From the NCBI GenBank assembly GCA_019058015.1, contig JAHLWH010000123.1:1-27358 (forward strand): a DNA stretch of 27,358 nt, written 5' to 3'. The position numbers were made by a program, and so were the translations under genes. This document shows positions 17,183 through 27,358 of the stretch, in pieces. Positions within the stretch are counted from its first letter, which is position 1; every line of letters starts with the position of its first letter. This DNA comes from Promethearchaeota archaeon. GTDB taxonomy: Archaea > Asgardarchaeota > Lokiarchaeia > Sigyniarchaeales > SOKP01. The notes beneath the pieces were generated by a model, which was not told where the DNA came from, did not search any database, and saw only the letters and a list, made by a program, of their open reading frames with translations.

Positions 17183-17695
17183 TTATTCTGTTTCAAGGGG
17201 ATGACTGCGTATGGCAATTAAAGCGAGTATTAAATTAATTATTAATACATAATAACCATTTCCGAGAGAGGTAAATAAACCCATAAAATCTATTGCAATA
17301 CGAATTAACTCAATACTATTTAGCGGTATAAAAATTGAGATATAAATTATCACAATAAGTATTAATAATGAATTAAGGGACATTATTGCCTTACCTGACA
17401 TCCTTTCCATTGTACTTCCCACTATAGTTATGATTCCAGTAATTATCATAAAAAGATTTAACATAAAGAAACTGATTAAATTAGCTTCTAACCATGATTG
17501 AACCACTAATTTTGATTGGTCGATGGTTCCCCAGATAAAAAAATCAATATTATTATTACTGAATAAACTTAGTGAAATTGACGCATAAGAAGAAATTCCA
17601 GAGTCGAAGTAAATTCCTAAAGGAATAGACTGAAGAAAACTAATAATAATACTTAGAATTCCTGAGCAAAATCCTATTTTATTCATAAATGTCAA
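17183..17695 (-). CDS. Four-TM membrane protein, paralog of 16659..17138
   Basis: Shared K.GF..G.LSII, F.WG and G.GYY.L motifs. Confidence 0.75.
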   Translation of the reverse strand: MTFMNKIGFCSGILSIIISFLQSIPLGIYFDSGISSYASISLSLFSNNNIDFFIWGTIDQSKLVVQSWLEANLISFFMLNLFMIITGIITIVGSTMERMSGKAIMSLNSLLILIVIIYISIFIPLNSIELIRIAIDFMGLFTSLGNGYYVLIINLILALIAIRSHPLETE

Positions 17696-17767
17696 TCTTG
17701 AAAAAATTATTTTAAATAATTTTTAGTTTTAAATAATAAAAAGTTATGTTAAACTTATAAAAAAATA

Positions 17768-19066
17768 TCATCCATAAAATAAACTTAGAAAAATTAAAAA
17801 GACAGAAGATATTAAAATGTGAATCCCTGCAAAAATTGCTCCATTTTTTAATAATCTTTTATAAGTAAAATTTTCTACTTTATTTTCTTGAGCCATTTTT
17901 AAAGTAAAAACGTCACACATAGCACCTTGAGGTAAAATATTACCACCCAAATTTACCCCAACTAACAAAGCAAATATTAGGGGAATTGGTGAAAAATTAT
18001 AATCTCCAATCAAACTATCGATAATTGGTAAAAATAATAACATTGTTGGAGTGTTTGCTAATATTCCTGATAAAAAACTTACACTCAATAAAATTATTAG
18101 ACTTATGATGTATATATTAAAATTTTGTAATGCGCCCAATTGAAACAAATCAAAAATTCCAACAATTTGCAAACATCCAATCACTACAAATAATGCAATA
18201 AGAAAGAATATAATTTCCCAATTAATTTCTTTTAAAATTTCTTTTAAAGGACGTTCTCCGCGTTTATTATTTACAAGAACCATGATCATAGCTGCAATTA
18301 ACGCTACAATATATATCTCAGGAATTATGACAAAGGATATTATTATTAATAGAAAAGCTATTCCATTAAATATGAATAATTTTTTATCAGTTATTACCAT
18401 GGATGGATCTAAAATTTCCATTATTAATTGACTTTGCTCGAATTCCATTTTTGGTTCTTTTCTTAATATTAGAATATCAATAAAAAGAATTGTTAGAAAA
18501 AGTAATATTAATGCGATAGGCCAGTAGTTGATAACAAAATATATTGTATCAAGTTGGAAATGCTGGGCTATAATAATATTTTCTCCGGAAGAAAATGGTG
18601 TGAAAATACTTCCAATATTAATAACAATTGTTAAAGCAAGTAAATAAGTGCCAGCCTTTATTTTTAAAAAATTACATATCCTTATTATTATTGGAACTAA
18701 GATTAATGCAACAACAACATCAGAGATCACTGCAGCTAATATAGCGCCGGTCAAACAAATTATATATAAAAATAACCGCTGATTTCCCCTTGACAGTCGA
18801 AACATCCTAATTGCTACATATTCTAATACATTCGACTCTTGTAAAATTTGAGTAATTATTTGCATACTTAAAATAACAATAAGCGCTTTAAATTCAATGT
18901 AATTCATAAATTCCTCAAATGTAATTGGTGTGCTTAAACTTACAATAACTATACATAAGATCATTCCCAATAATGAAATACTTACAAAATCCAACTTCTC
19001 TTTACTATATGAAACGAGAATGATAATAAAAATAATAAAAATAAGAATAGCACTAATAATCTCCAT
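17768..19066 (-). CDS. ArsB/NhaD (IT superfamily, P-protein-like) transporter
   Basis: About 12 TMs; NIGSIFTPFSSGENII, INWEIIFFLIALF, SGILANTP, NLGGNILPQG. Confidence 0.88.
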   Translation of the reverse strand: MEIISAILIFIIFIIILVSYSKEKLDFVSISLLGMILCIVIVSLSTPITFEEFMNYIEFKALIVILSMQIITQILQESNVLEYVAIRMFRLSRGNQRLFLYIICLTGAILAAVISDVVVALILVPIIIRICNFLKIKAGTYLLALTIVINIGSIFTPFSSGENIIIAQHFQLDTIYFVINYWPIALILLFLTILFIDILILRKEPKMEFEQSQLIMEILDPSMVITDKKLFIFNGIAFLLIIISFVIIPEIYIVALIAAMIMVLVNNKRGERPLKEILKEINWEIIFFLIALFVVIGCLQIVGIFDLFQLGALQNFNIYIISLIILLSVSFLSGILANTPTMLLFLPIIDSLIGDYNFSPIPLIFALLVGVNLGGNILPQGAMCDVFTLKMAQENKVENFTYKRLLKNGAIFAGIHILISSVFLIFLSLFYG

Positions 19067-19309
19067 GATTTACACTAATATACTTAAGATTTTAAATCTT
19101 GCGTGTTTGATGATATTTCTTAAATATTGCAATTATATCTTCATAATAATTGATTATGATGATTTAACGTAAAATTTTTTATTTATATACAACCTCTCGT
19201 AAAATATATTAAAAATTCAGTAAAATACTAAATAAGATATTTATTTAAATTAAACAATTATTTAGATTTTTTATAAAAAACAAATTGTCTCACTTTCATA
19301 GTAAAGATT

Positions 19310-21475
19310 TTGAATGAATTAATAATTTGTGAAAAAAGAAAGGCAGCAGAAGCTATTGCAAATGCAATAGGGATACCGGATAAATTATCATTTAATAAAT
19401 TATTCTATTATTACATTAAAGATAAAAATATTTATGTAGTTCCTCTACGCGGTCATATTAAAGAATACCGTAATACCGACAAGTATAAGAGTTGGACTAA
19501 GACTGATCCCCGTGATATTTTAACAAATTCCGACTCAATTTTTAAATTCCCCTCTACATATGCAAATAACTACATCCGTTTATTAGCATTTATTTCTAAA
19601 AAATTGAATATTAATTCTTGTATCATAGGTACCGATGCGGATGTCGAGGGTTGTAATATAGGCTTAGTTGACGCATATTCAGTTGTAAAAAATTCTAAAA
19701 ATATTACTAAGATAAGTCAATTATGGCTTAGTTCGCTTCAAAAACAGGATATTATCAGAGCTTATAACAATCAGATACAACCTAAATGGAGTTGGGCTTA
19801 TGCAGGTGAGGCACGGGCAATTATCGATGCAATTATCGGTTTTTCAGCCACAAGAGAAGTTTCTTTAACATTGAAGTCTTTGACAAAGAAAGCTAATGTG
19901 CAATTTGTTTCTATTGGAAGAGTTCAAACATGTCTCTTATATCTAATATTTTTAAGAGAGACTCAAATTAGAAACTTTATTCCAAAGCCGTTTTGGGTAA
20001 TTAATGCGATTGTAGAGAATAATGGTTTCAAATATGTTTGCCCGAATCTAAAAAATCCCATTCAGGATAAGAAAACTGCAGAAAATGTTTTTAACAAAAT
20101 TCAGAATGAGAGAATTGGATTCATAAAAAATAAAAATTCTAGAACCGTTTTGAAATATCCTCCCACACCTCTAAATACTTCTAAAGCCTTGCAACTTATT
20201 ATTAAACACTCAAATGTTACAGCTATGCATGCATTGAAGATTATGGAAGACCTTTATCTTAATCAGTTAATTACCTATCCAAGAACGGATACGGATAAAT
20301 ATAAGGAAAGTTTTAACCATAAAGAAAATATTACTCAGTTTCTTACACATACAGATTATGGAGATTTCTCTCGATTCTTAATAAATAAAAATAAAACTAT
20401 TCCCAATCAAGGTAAAAAAGATGCACAAGACCACCCTCCAATCACTACGATAAAAAGTGTAGATTTAACAGATAAAATCTTTCCTTCCCAACTTCATTCT
20501 AAAGTATACGACCTACTGGCAAGATATTATTTATCACTTTTTTCTAGCCCAGGAAAAGCAATTAAAACTAAGTGTATCTTTTCCGTAGGAAATGAAGATT
20601 TTGTCTTAAAAAATGCTGTACTAATAGAAAAAGGACCATATGAAATTGCTCCATTTTTAATGCAGAAGTATAATCCACCTTTAAAACTACCTGACAAACA
20701 TAATAATTTAGATATAAAATCAATCGAACTTGACGATCGGGAGACAAAACCCCCTCCGAGATATACTGATAATTCATTAATAAAATTAATGGAGACACAA
20801 AAAATCGGGACAAAAAGCACGAGACCAGGTATGATTCAACTATTGATAGATAGAAAATATATTGAAAGAGAAAAAAAATCTGTTCGATTAACTGAATTAG
20901 GATATGTTTTAATTGACAACTTAAAAGATATCTGGTTAGAATTTTTGCAGCCAAGTTTTACTGCTTATGTAGAAAATTATTTAGAACAAATAAAGGAGGG
21001 CAAAATCGATTGGAAATTCGTATCAGAAAAAATAAAGCTAGAATTTTTAAATTTATTCGATAAGTTCAGGAAAAGAAAGCCTATTTTTTTAAAGAAGTTC
21101 GAAGATTCACAAATTTCAATTCAAGCAAATATACGGCAAGAAACAAAATCTCTATGTTCGGTATGCAAAAAAGCACCGATGGTTGTCATAAGAACAAAAA
21201 AGAAAACAAGATTTCTGGCTTGTAAGTCAGAAGATTGTAAAACTACTTTTGCTTTACCTCAGAGAGGGACTATTTCCATTCTAAAGAATGCCAACTGTCA
21301 AAAATGTGGTTTTAATGTATTTAGAATAAAAACATCAAAAAAAGGTAAATATTTTGATTATCATTTATGTCCTCTCTGTTGGAATTATGGATTAAAGGAG
21401 AAAATAGACGGTTATGGCTTTTGTTCTAAATGTGAGAATTTTGAAATTAAAAATGGACAGTGTATAAAAAAATAA
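19310..21475 (+). CDS. topA: DNA topoisomerase type IA with C-terminal zinc ribbons
   Basis: LIICEK, TDADVEG, SIGRVQT, catalytic ITYPRTD, HPPI, IGTKSTR, and several C-terminal CxxC motifs. Confidence 0.95.
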   Translation: MNELIICEKRKAAEAIANAIGIPDKLSFNKLFYYYIKDKNIYVVPLRGHIKEYRNTDKYKSWTKTDPRDILTNSDSIFKFPSTYANNYIRLLAFISKKLNINSCIIGTDADVEGCNIGLVDAYSVVKNSKNITKISQLWLSSLQKQDIIRAYNNQIQPKWSWAYAGEARAIIDAIIGFSATREVSLTLKSLTKKANVQFVSIGRVQTCLLYLIFLRETQIRNFIPKPFWVINAIVENNGFKYVCPNLKNPIQDKKTAENVFNKIQNERIGFIKNKNSRTVLKYPPTPLNTSKALQLIIKHSNVTAMHALKIMEDLYLNQLITYPRTDTDKYKESFNHKENITQFLTHTDYGDFSRFLINKNKTIPNQGKKDAQDHPPITTIKSVDLTDKIFPSQLHSKVYDLLARYYLSLFSSPGKAIKTKCIFSVGNEDFVLKNAVLIEKGPYEIAPFLMQKYNPPLKLPDKHNNLDIKSIELDDRETKPPPRYTDNSLIKLMETQKIGTKSTRPGMIQLLIDRKYIEREKKSVRLTELGYVLIDNLKDIWLEFLQPSFTAYVENYLEQIKEGKIDWKFVSEKIKLEFLNLFDKFRKRKPIFLKKFEDSQISIQANIRQETKSLCSVCKKAPMVVIRTKKKTRFLACKSEDCKTTFALPQRGTISILKNANCQKCGFNVFRIKTSKKGKYFDYHLCPLCWNYGLKEKIDGYGFCSKCENFEIKNGQCIKK

Positions 21476-21565
21476 ATAGAGATGGATAAAAGATTATGTA
21501 TCAAATCATATCTCTCTTTTTAAAAATTAAATAAAATATTAGAAGGAATCTTCTTTAGTAATCAT

Positions 21566-23485
21566 GTGTCTAAAAAATTTATTAATAAAAATCCTGAATG
21601 GCTAAAAAACTATTCCAAAAAACAAGTTTCTATCGAGAAAGCAATCACAAAATTTATTAAACCTGGAGATAGAATTTTCATTGACTCTGGTTGTTCTGAG
21701 CCTATTGATCTTATTAAAAAATTAATAGAACTTGGACCAACACTTCCAGATGTTGAGATATTACATTTTTTAAGCCTTAGTGATCTTAATTATTATGAAA
21801 CCGCTAGTGGAATAGAAGATCTCTTTAGACATAACGCTTTTTTTATTGGAGCAAGCCTTAGAAAAGCAATCCAAGCAGGATTAGCAGATTATACTCCAAT
21901 GCTTTTATCTGAAATTCCTCGTCTTTTTAAGCAAGGACGCATGCATTTGGATACTTCCCTTATCCAAATTAGCACTCCAGACAAATATGGATTCTGTAGT
22001 TATGGGATTAATGTCGATATTGTAAAACCAATTACGGAAGAAGCTAATTTTGTCGTAGCCGAAATCAATCCCAATATGCCAAGAACATTGGGTAATTCAT
22101 TTATTCATATGGATGATATTGATGCATTTATTTTATCTGATCATGATATAATTGAATTTAATTATAAACCTCCAAATGAGGTTGCAAATAAGATTGGTAA
22201 ATTTGTAGCTTCCTTAGTTGAAAACGAGTCAACTCTACAAATGGGTATTGGTCAGATTCCTAATGCATTTACGAGATATTTAGATGATAAAAAAGATCTT
22301 GGAGTACATAGTGAGGTTTTCTCAGATGGTGTAGTTGATTTAGTTGAAAAAGGTATTGTTACTTGTAAAAAGAAAACAATTCATAAAGATAAAATTATTG
22401 TTTCTTTTGTGATGGGTTCTCGCAGACTTTATGACTTTGTTGATGATAACCCAAGTGTTGAATTTTACCCATCTGATTATGTTAATGATCTATTCATTAT
22501 TGCCCAAAATAGGAAGCAAGTTGCAATAAATGCAGCACTCACTGTAGATTTAACAGGACAGGTTAATGCCGATTCTCTTGGACATCATTTTTATAGTGGC
22601 ATAGGAGGGCAAGTAGATTTCATTAGAGGGGCGAGTAGATGTAAAGAAGGAAAACCAATTATAGTCTTGCCCTCAACAGCTGTTTTACCAGATGGAAAAG
22701 ATGTTTCAAGAATAGTTCCTTATTTAGCACCAGGGACAGGAGTTGTTATTACACGTGGAGATGTTCATTACGTCATAACAGAATGGGGAATAGCATATTT
22801 ATATGGAAAAAGTATAAGAGAAAGAGTTCTTCAGATGATTAATATAGCGCATCCGGATTTTCGGGAAGACTTATTAGAACATGCTAAAAAATGGCATTAT
22901 GTGTATTCAGATCAAAAATTACCCATTTCTGTTGATGGGAGAATTAGTCTATATCCTGAAAAGTATGAGACTAGATTAATCTTATCAAATAATGTTTCAT
23001 TGAAAGTTCGGCCTATTAAGCCAACTGATGAAAGAATGTTACAAGATCTTTATTATTCCTTAGATAAACAAGATCGATATTATAGATTCTTTTCGCCTAT
23101 TATAGATTTTCGACACAAGAAAATTCAACCATATGTCAATATTGACTATTCAACGGATATGATCATAGTTGCAATATATGAAAATAATGGAAATGCAAAA
23201 ATCGTGGGAATAGGTGGGTTTTTCAAGACGCACATGCCTTCAAATTGTGAATTAGCTTTTACTGTACGTAAAGAATGGCGAGGATTGGGCATTTCAAAAT
23301 TTTTATTACATTATTTAGCAACTATTGCACGCGAATTGCGATATAATTCATTTTCCGGATCAATACTTTTACAAAATAAACCAATGCTTCATATAATCCA
23401 TAACTCAGGATATCCATTAATTGGAACGCAAATTGAAGGAGGAATTACAACCTTCACTATAGATATCACAAAAAAACAAAAGTAG
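21566..23485 (+). CDS. Acetyl-CoA hydrolase/4-hydroxybutyrate CoA-transferase fused to a C-terminal GNAT acetyltransferase
   Basis: LQMGIGQIP, GVHSE, SGIGGQVDF, VITEWGIA; GNAT part VRPIKPTD..RYYRFF..ELAFTVRKEWRGLGI. Confidence 0.92.
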   Translation: MSKKFINKNPEWLKNYSKKQVSIEKAITKFIKPGDRIFIDSGCSEPIDLIKKLIELGPTLPDVEILHFLSLSDLNYYETASGIEDLFRHNAFFIGASLRKAIQAGLADYTPMLLSEIPRLFKQGRMHLDTSLIQISTPDKYGFCSYGINVDIVKPITEEANFVVAEINPNMPRTLGNSFIHMDDIDAFILSDHDIIEFNYKPPNEVANKIGKFVASLVENESTLQMGIGQIPNAFTRYLDDKKDLGVHSEVFSDGVVDLVEKGIVTCKKKTIHKDKIIVSFVMGSRRLYDFVDDNPSVEFYPSDYVNDLFIIAQNRKQVAINAALTVDLTGQVNADSLGHHFYSGIGGQVDFIRGASRCKEGKPIIVLPSTAVLPDGKDVSRIVPYLAPGTGVVITRGDVHYVITEWGIAYLYGKSIRERVLQMINIAHPDFREDLLEHAKKWHYVYSDQKLPISVDGRISLYPEKYETRLILSNNVSLKVRPIKPTDERMLQDLYYSLDKQDRYYRFFSPIIDFRHKKIQPYVNIDYSTDMIIVAIYENNGNAKIVGIGGFFKTHMPSNCELAFTVRKEWRGLGISKFLLHYLATIARELRYNSFSGSILLQNKPMLHIIHNSGYPLIGTQIEGGITTFTIDITKKQK

Positions 23486-23495
23486 AAAATATTTC

Positions 23496-24245
23496 TTATT
23501 TACTTATTATTTTAATTATTGTTTCAATCTCCGAAAAAAATATACCTTTAATTTCCTCCGATAAATTGGAATTATCTAATGCCTCTTTTAACTTATACAA
23601 TTTAAAAACAGAATCTGAAAAAAGAACTACCAAATTCCTTATGTGAAATTTATTTAATTTTAATTTAGAATTTGTTAAAATTTCAACTAAAGTATTCTCT
23701 TCTTTTATAAGCATCTTCAATATTTTTGATGCATTCTTTTTTATGGCAAGATTTTGATTATCTAAGAAAGATATTAGTATGTAAGCATATTTAATTGATT
23801 GATATTTCTTATCTGTTGCTAGAATCTCTAAAGCTTTTAGTCTCAACTCAACATAATCATCTTTTAAAGAATTGTAAAATAGTTGAATCGAGTTTTCATC
23901 TAAATCTTGGCTCTTTCCAATTTTACCTAATGATTCAATTATTTCCTTTCTTACCCATTGATCGGATTTATAATAAAAATTATTTAAAAATTTGATTATA
24001 TCTGATGGGATTTCATTACTTTTCCCGATTTCTCCAATAGCATAAACAAGATTTAATATAACTTTTTCAGTTAATTCTTGTGGTATTTTTTTTATTAATG
24101 ATATAATTATTTGTAAATTGTTGGTACTTGGATTTTTAGCCAAATTAAGAATTTGATCATTTAATTCATCTAAAAAATCATCATTAAGATAACCTAAATT
24201 TTTTTTATTTTTTAGAAGTTCAATAATATCTTTTTCTTTTTTCAT
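23496..24245 (-). CDS. HEAT-repeat protein
   Basis: VYAIGEIG, DQWVRKEIIESLGKIG, DDYVELRLKALEIL, DNQNLAIKKNASKIL. Confidence 0.85.
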   Translation of the reverse strand: MKKEKDIIELLKNKKNLGYLNDDFLDELNDQILNLAKNPSTNNLQIIISLIKKIPQELTEKVILNLVYAIGEIGKSNEIPSDIIKFLNNFYYKSDQWVRKEIIESLGKIGKSQDLDENSIQLFYNSLKDDYVELRLKALEILATDKKYQSIKYAYILISFLDNQNLAIKKNASKILKMLIKEENTLVEILTNSKLKLNKFHIRNLVVLFSDSVFKLYKLKEALDNSNLSEEIKGIFFSEIETIIKIISK

Positions 24246-24387
24246 ATTAGATCAGATTATTAATTAACATTTTTAAAAAAAAGTCAAATATTAAATAATG
24301 GAAGTGTATAATATTATTCTAAGGTTACTTTAAAACCTTTATTTACTTTAAAATGTAATTTAACCAGAAATCAAAAGTGATTTAAAT

Positions 24388-27358
24388 ATGAAAATTATTT
24401 TTAAAAAAAGATTAACAAGGAAAATCTTAGCACTGAGTTTCTTAATTCTTATCTTAATGATGCCGTTTTTAGTTATGATTCCATTGAATTATGCTAGTCC
24501 AGGTTTAAATAATAATATTAAATCTCAGGCGGAAAACTCTGGTGTAGATTCAATATTATGGAAATTAGGTAAAGGATTACCCGGTACTGGTGCTACAATG
24601 CAACCAAGATTAGTAAATTTTACTAATGGAGGGGAAAAATTAATAGTCGTTGGAACAGATGGAGGCATCGCTACAATTACATTAAATGGATTAATCAATA
24701 TGAGTTATAGGACTTTTGGAAGTGTTATTAATTTTGCAACTATCAAGGATATTTCAGGTGATTTAGCAGATGATCTTGTTCTTATTACTTATGATCAAGA
24801 ATATCCGAATGTAATTGCAATAGCTTCCAACAATGGCTCAGAAATATGGAAATTTAAACCTACAATAGAAGGAATTGATCCCACAACCTATGCAATGCAT
24901 GATTTTATTACTAATACTTGGGACATCAAAATTATAAACGATATTAACGATGATTCCATACCTGAAATTGCAATTTCTTCATGGTTTAGATTATTTATTG
25001 TAAGTGGAAAAGATGGAAATGAATTATGGATAAATAAAAATGATTTTACTAATGATATTTGGAAACTAGAAGTATTGGAAGATATAAACGGTAACGGATT
25101 TGAAACTATTATCGCAGGTTCAGAGGAAGGGAAATTAGGGGCATTTGATTCAAAAGATGGGACAAAACTATGGACATATAATGTTGAAAAATCGATTATA
25201 CCAGTTTATGCGATGTTCGGGGTTTCTGATGAAGAAGTACCTAATTCCATTGATGATATTAAAATAATTAGCGATGTAGATAATGATAATTATAATGATA
25301 TCTTAATTGCTGCTGATGATGGATATTTAAGATTAATATCAGGGTTTTCTGGTCTTGAACTAGATAATGTTATGTGTTTTGATATGGCTAATATTACAAT
25401 GCCAATATATATATCTGGTTCATCCGTTTCTCCTTATACTTCGGCTAAAAGAATATTTATGAAATCTGGAATAAAAATATATGAAATTCCAGACATTAAC
25501 AATGATAGTATAACTGAATATATATCAATTGCTTGTGACCTTGATTATAAAGAACTAAACCAATATTATATTTATGGTAAGATATTTAATATTAATCCAG
25601 AGCCCGGAGATGATAAAATTAATATTACTACTAGTTTAAATTGGTCCTGTAATAAGTTTTATTTTGGTTCCTATCCAGAAATAATTGACTTAGAGTCAAA
25701 TATACAAATTTATTTATATTCACTTACAGAAAGTGGTTGGGAATCTAAGACGTCAGTGATTAATCGATATGCTATTGATGATACAGAATCACAAAATCCA
25801 ACAATTGTTTATGAAGATGAGGATACGGTTGATTATTATAGCTATAGCACTTATTTTCCAGAAAAAGAAGAAGGTCATTATCTATTAAATATCGGAGATG
25901 TAAATTCGGATGGTGTAGATGATTTATTTGCGATTAGTGCCAATGGTCGTTATTTATGCATTGATTGTAAAAATGACAAGACAATATGGGTAAGAACTAG
26001 AAGTGAGGCTTCTGAAACTGAATTACTAGAAATTGAAGATATAAATAATGATGGTTTAGAAGATTTCTTAGTTAAGAAAATTGGTATTTTTGATCCAAGT
26101 TGGATTATATCTGATGATGGTGGTTATACAGAAGAGCCAGAACCGGAAGCTCAAATTATAAATGAATTATTTGTAATTGACGCCAAAACAGGAAATATAA
26201 TTTGGTCCTTTAATATTCCCTCTCCTCAATATTATGAAGGATTAATGGACCTTTTAAATATAGGAGATGTAAATAATGACAACATTAGTGATTATGCCGC
26301 GTGGATTATACCCTCTGGAATACCCTCTGAAATAACTGATATTATAAGAAACCTTTCAGATGACGATTCTCTTCCATCAGATACTAACATGGAAAATGTG
26401 TACAGAGCTTTATTATATGAATATACAAAAATTTTAGCCATAGATGGTTCAGATGGTGCAATATTCTGGAATACATCATTGTTAGGGTTTCCATATAAAT
26501 TTTATAGACATTATGAGTATAATGGAAACTATACAGGTCCAATTAAAGTGGATACTGGAGAATTTCAGATTATTAATAGAATAAGTGAAAAATTTCCAGA
26601 TAGTTGGTTTTCGGGTCAAGATATCGACTGGAATAAATATTGGGAAATACAAACACTTTCACACGCAAACGAGTTGCAAATCGAATATGGTGAATCTTCT
26701 GATAATTTAATTAATCTACAAGGAAAACAAGATGGAAACTATACAATTACTTCCCAAAACTCTTCAGAATCTTCAGAATCATTAAAAATAGGCAATTCGT
26801 TAAATAGCACTTCAATTGGAACCATTGAAAGTGATGATAATCTTTATTGGGTTATAAATTCAAATAATAACAAAACACAAATAGAATTATCATTTAATCA
26901 GTCTCAAAATATTGGAAAGGAATTACAATATCTAGTTGTGGATTATAAAGGATTTATTTTTAATAATCCAATTGAGCAAATAGATATCTCTATCTATAAT
27001 TTCTCTAATACAAATTGGATGAAATTAAGTATTAATGGCATCAATCAAACTGATACCGATACAAAAATGACTAAGCACTTACAAAACATCAGTGGCTTAA
27101 CATCTGGTTCTAATGATTTAGTAAAAATAAGATTAGAAGCACAAGATGAATCCTTATTTACTCTTATTATTGATTTATTGGTAGTAAAATATATCTACAC
27201 TTATGGGAATTATAGCATTAAGGCTGCACAAGATGGAAGTTCATGGAAAGCTATTTTAAATCTAACAATACCTGTAGATCTTAGTGACGATAAATCTTTA
27301 GGACTTATAGATTATCCCCTTTCCCAAATCGAAAGATTTTCTGCTCTTAAAATGCAAA
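24388..27358 (+). CDS. Large secreted/surface beta-propeller protein with FG-GAP-like Ca2+ loops and PQQ-like repeats; 3'-partial
   Basis: Manual reading gives ATG 24388 after a GTGA RBS and no stop seen to the window end (at least 990 aa). Basic plus hydrophobic signal/anchor; repeated DINDDSIPE, DINGNGFE, DVNSDGVDD, DINNDGLED loops; G..(L/I)W motifs. Confidence 0.88.
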   Translation, partial: MKIIFKKRLTRKILALSFLILILMMPFLVMIPLNYASPGLNNNIKSQAENSGVDSILWKLGKGLPGTGATMQPRLVNFTNGGEKLIVVGTDGGIATITLNGLINMSYRTFGSVINFATIKDISGDLADDLVLITYDQEYPNVIAIASNNGSEIWKFKPTIEGIDPTTYAMHDFITNTWDIKIINDINDDSIPEIAISSWFRLFIVSGKDGNELWINKNDFTNDIWKLEVLEDINGNGFETIIAGSEEGKLGAFDSKDGTKLWTYNVEKSIIPVYAMFGVSDEEVPNSIDDIKIISDVDNDNYNDILIAADDGYLRLISGFSGLELDNVMCFDMANITMPIYISGSSVSPYTSAKRIFMKSGIKIYEIPDINNDSITEYISIACDLDYKELNQYYIYGKIFNINPEPGDDKINITTSLNWSCNKFYFGSYPEIIDLESNIQIYLYSLTESGWESKTSVINRYAIDDTESQNPTIVYEDEDTVDYYSYSTYFPEKEEGHYLLNIGDVNSDGVDDLFAISANGRYLCIDCKNDKTIWVRTRSEASETELLEIEDINNDGLEDFLVKKIGIFDPSWIISDDGGYTEEPEPEAQIINELFVIDAKTGNIIWSFNIPSPQYYEGLMDLLNIGDVNNDNISDYAAWIIPSGIPSEITDIIRNLSDDDSLPSDTNMENVYRALLYEYTKILAIDGSDGAIFWNTSLLGFPYKFYRHYEYNGNYTGPIKVDTGEFQIINRISEKFPDSWFSGQDIDWNKYWEIQTLSHANELQIEYGESSDNLINLQGKQDGNYTITSQNSSESSESLKIGNSLNSTSIGTIESDDNLYWVINSNNNKTQIELSFNQSQNIGKELQYLVVDYKGFIFNNPIEQIDISIYNFSNTNWMKLSINGINQTDTDTKMTKHLQNISGLTSGSNDLVKIRLEAQDESLFTLIIDLLVVKYIYTYGNYSIKAAQDGSSWKAILNLTIPVDLSDDKSLGLIDYPLSQIERFSALKMQ

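Noticed and set aside
4878-23995. Remaining short antisense ORFs inside hppA, the coiled-coil genes, hydrolase, membrane genes, topA and the HEAT gene
   Set aside because: They lie opposite well-supported CDSs and have no motifs of their own.

Overview
Very AT-rich archaeal window, most consistent with an Asgard archaeon of the Lokiarchaeia/Promethearchaeia type. This is inferred from an actin-family gene, an archaeal type IA topoisomerase, GTGA ribosome-binding motifs and T-tract terminators. Bases 1 to about 4420 look like the right arm of an integrated, small double-jelly-roll (Varidnaviria-like) provirus. It carries a PM2-like capsid protein candidate, an A32/P9-type FtsK-HerA packaging ATPase, small membrane proteins and an RHH-like regulator with three evenly spaced pairs of TGTCAGACA sites. 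A 34-6-34 inverted repeat and a mirror-symmetric 19-bp repeat array sit at the junction with host DNA. The host region contains a K+-independent H+-pyrophosphatase, two coupled coiled-coil/winged-helix proteins, a proline-rich protein with a WH2/VASP-like tail close to an actin-related gene, two partial gene duplications each enclosing a zinc-finger ORF, two claudin-like tetraspan paralogs, TopA, a CoA-transferase-GNAT fusion, and a large secreted beta-propeller protein running off the 3' end. All family calls come from motif recognition by eye; no searches were run.
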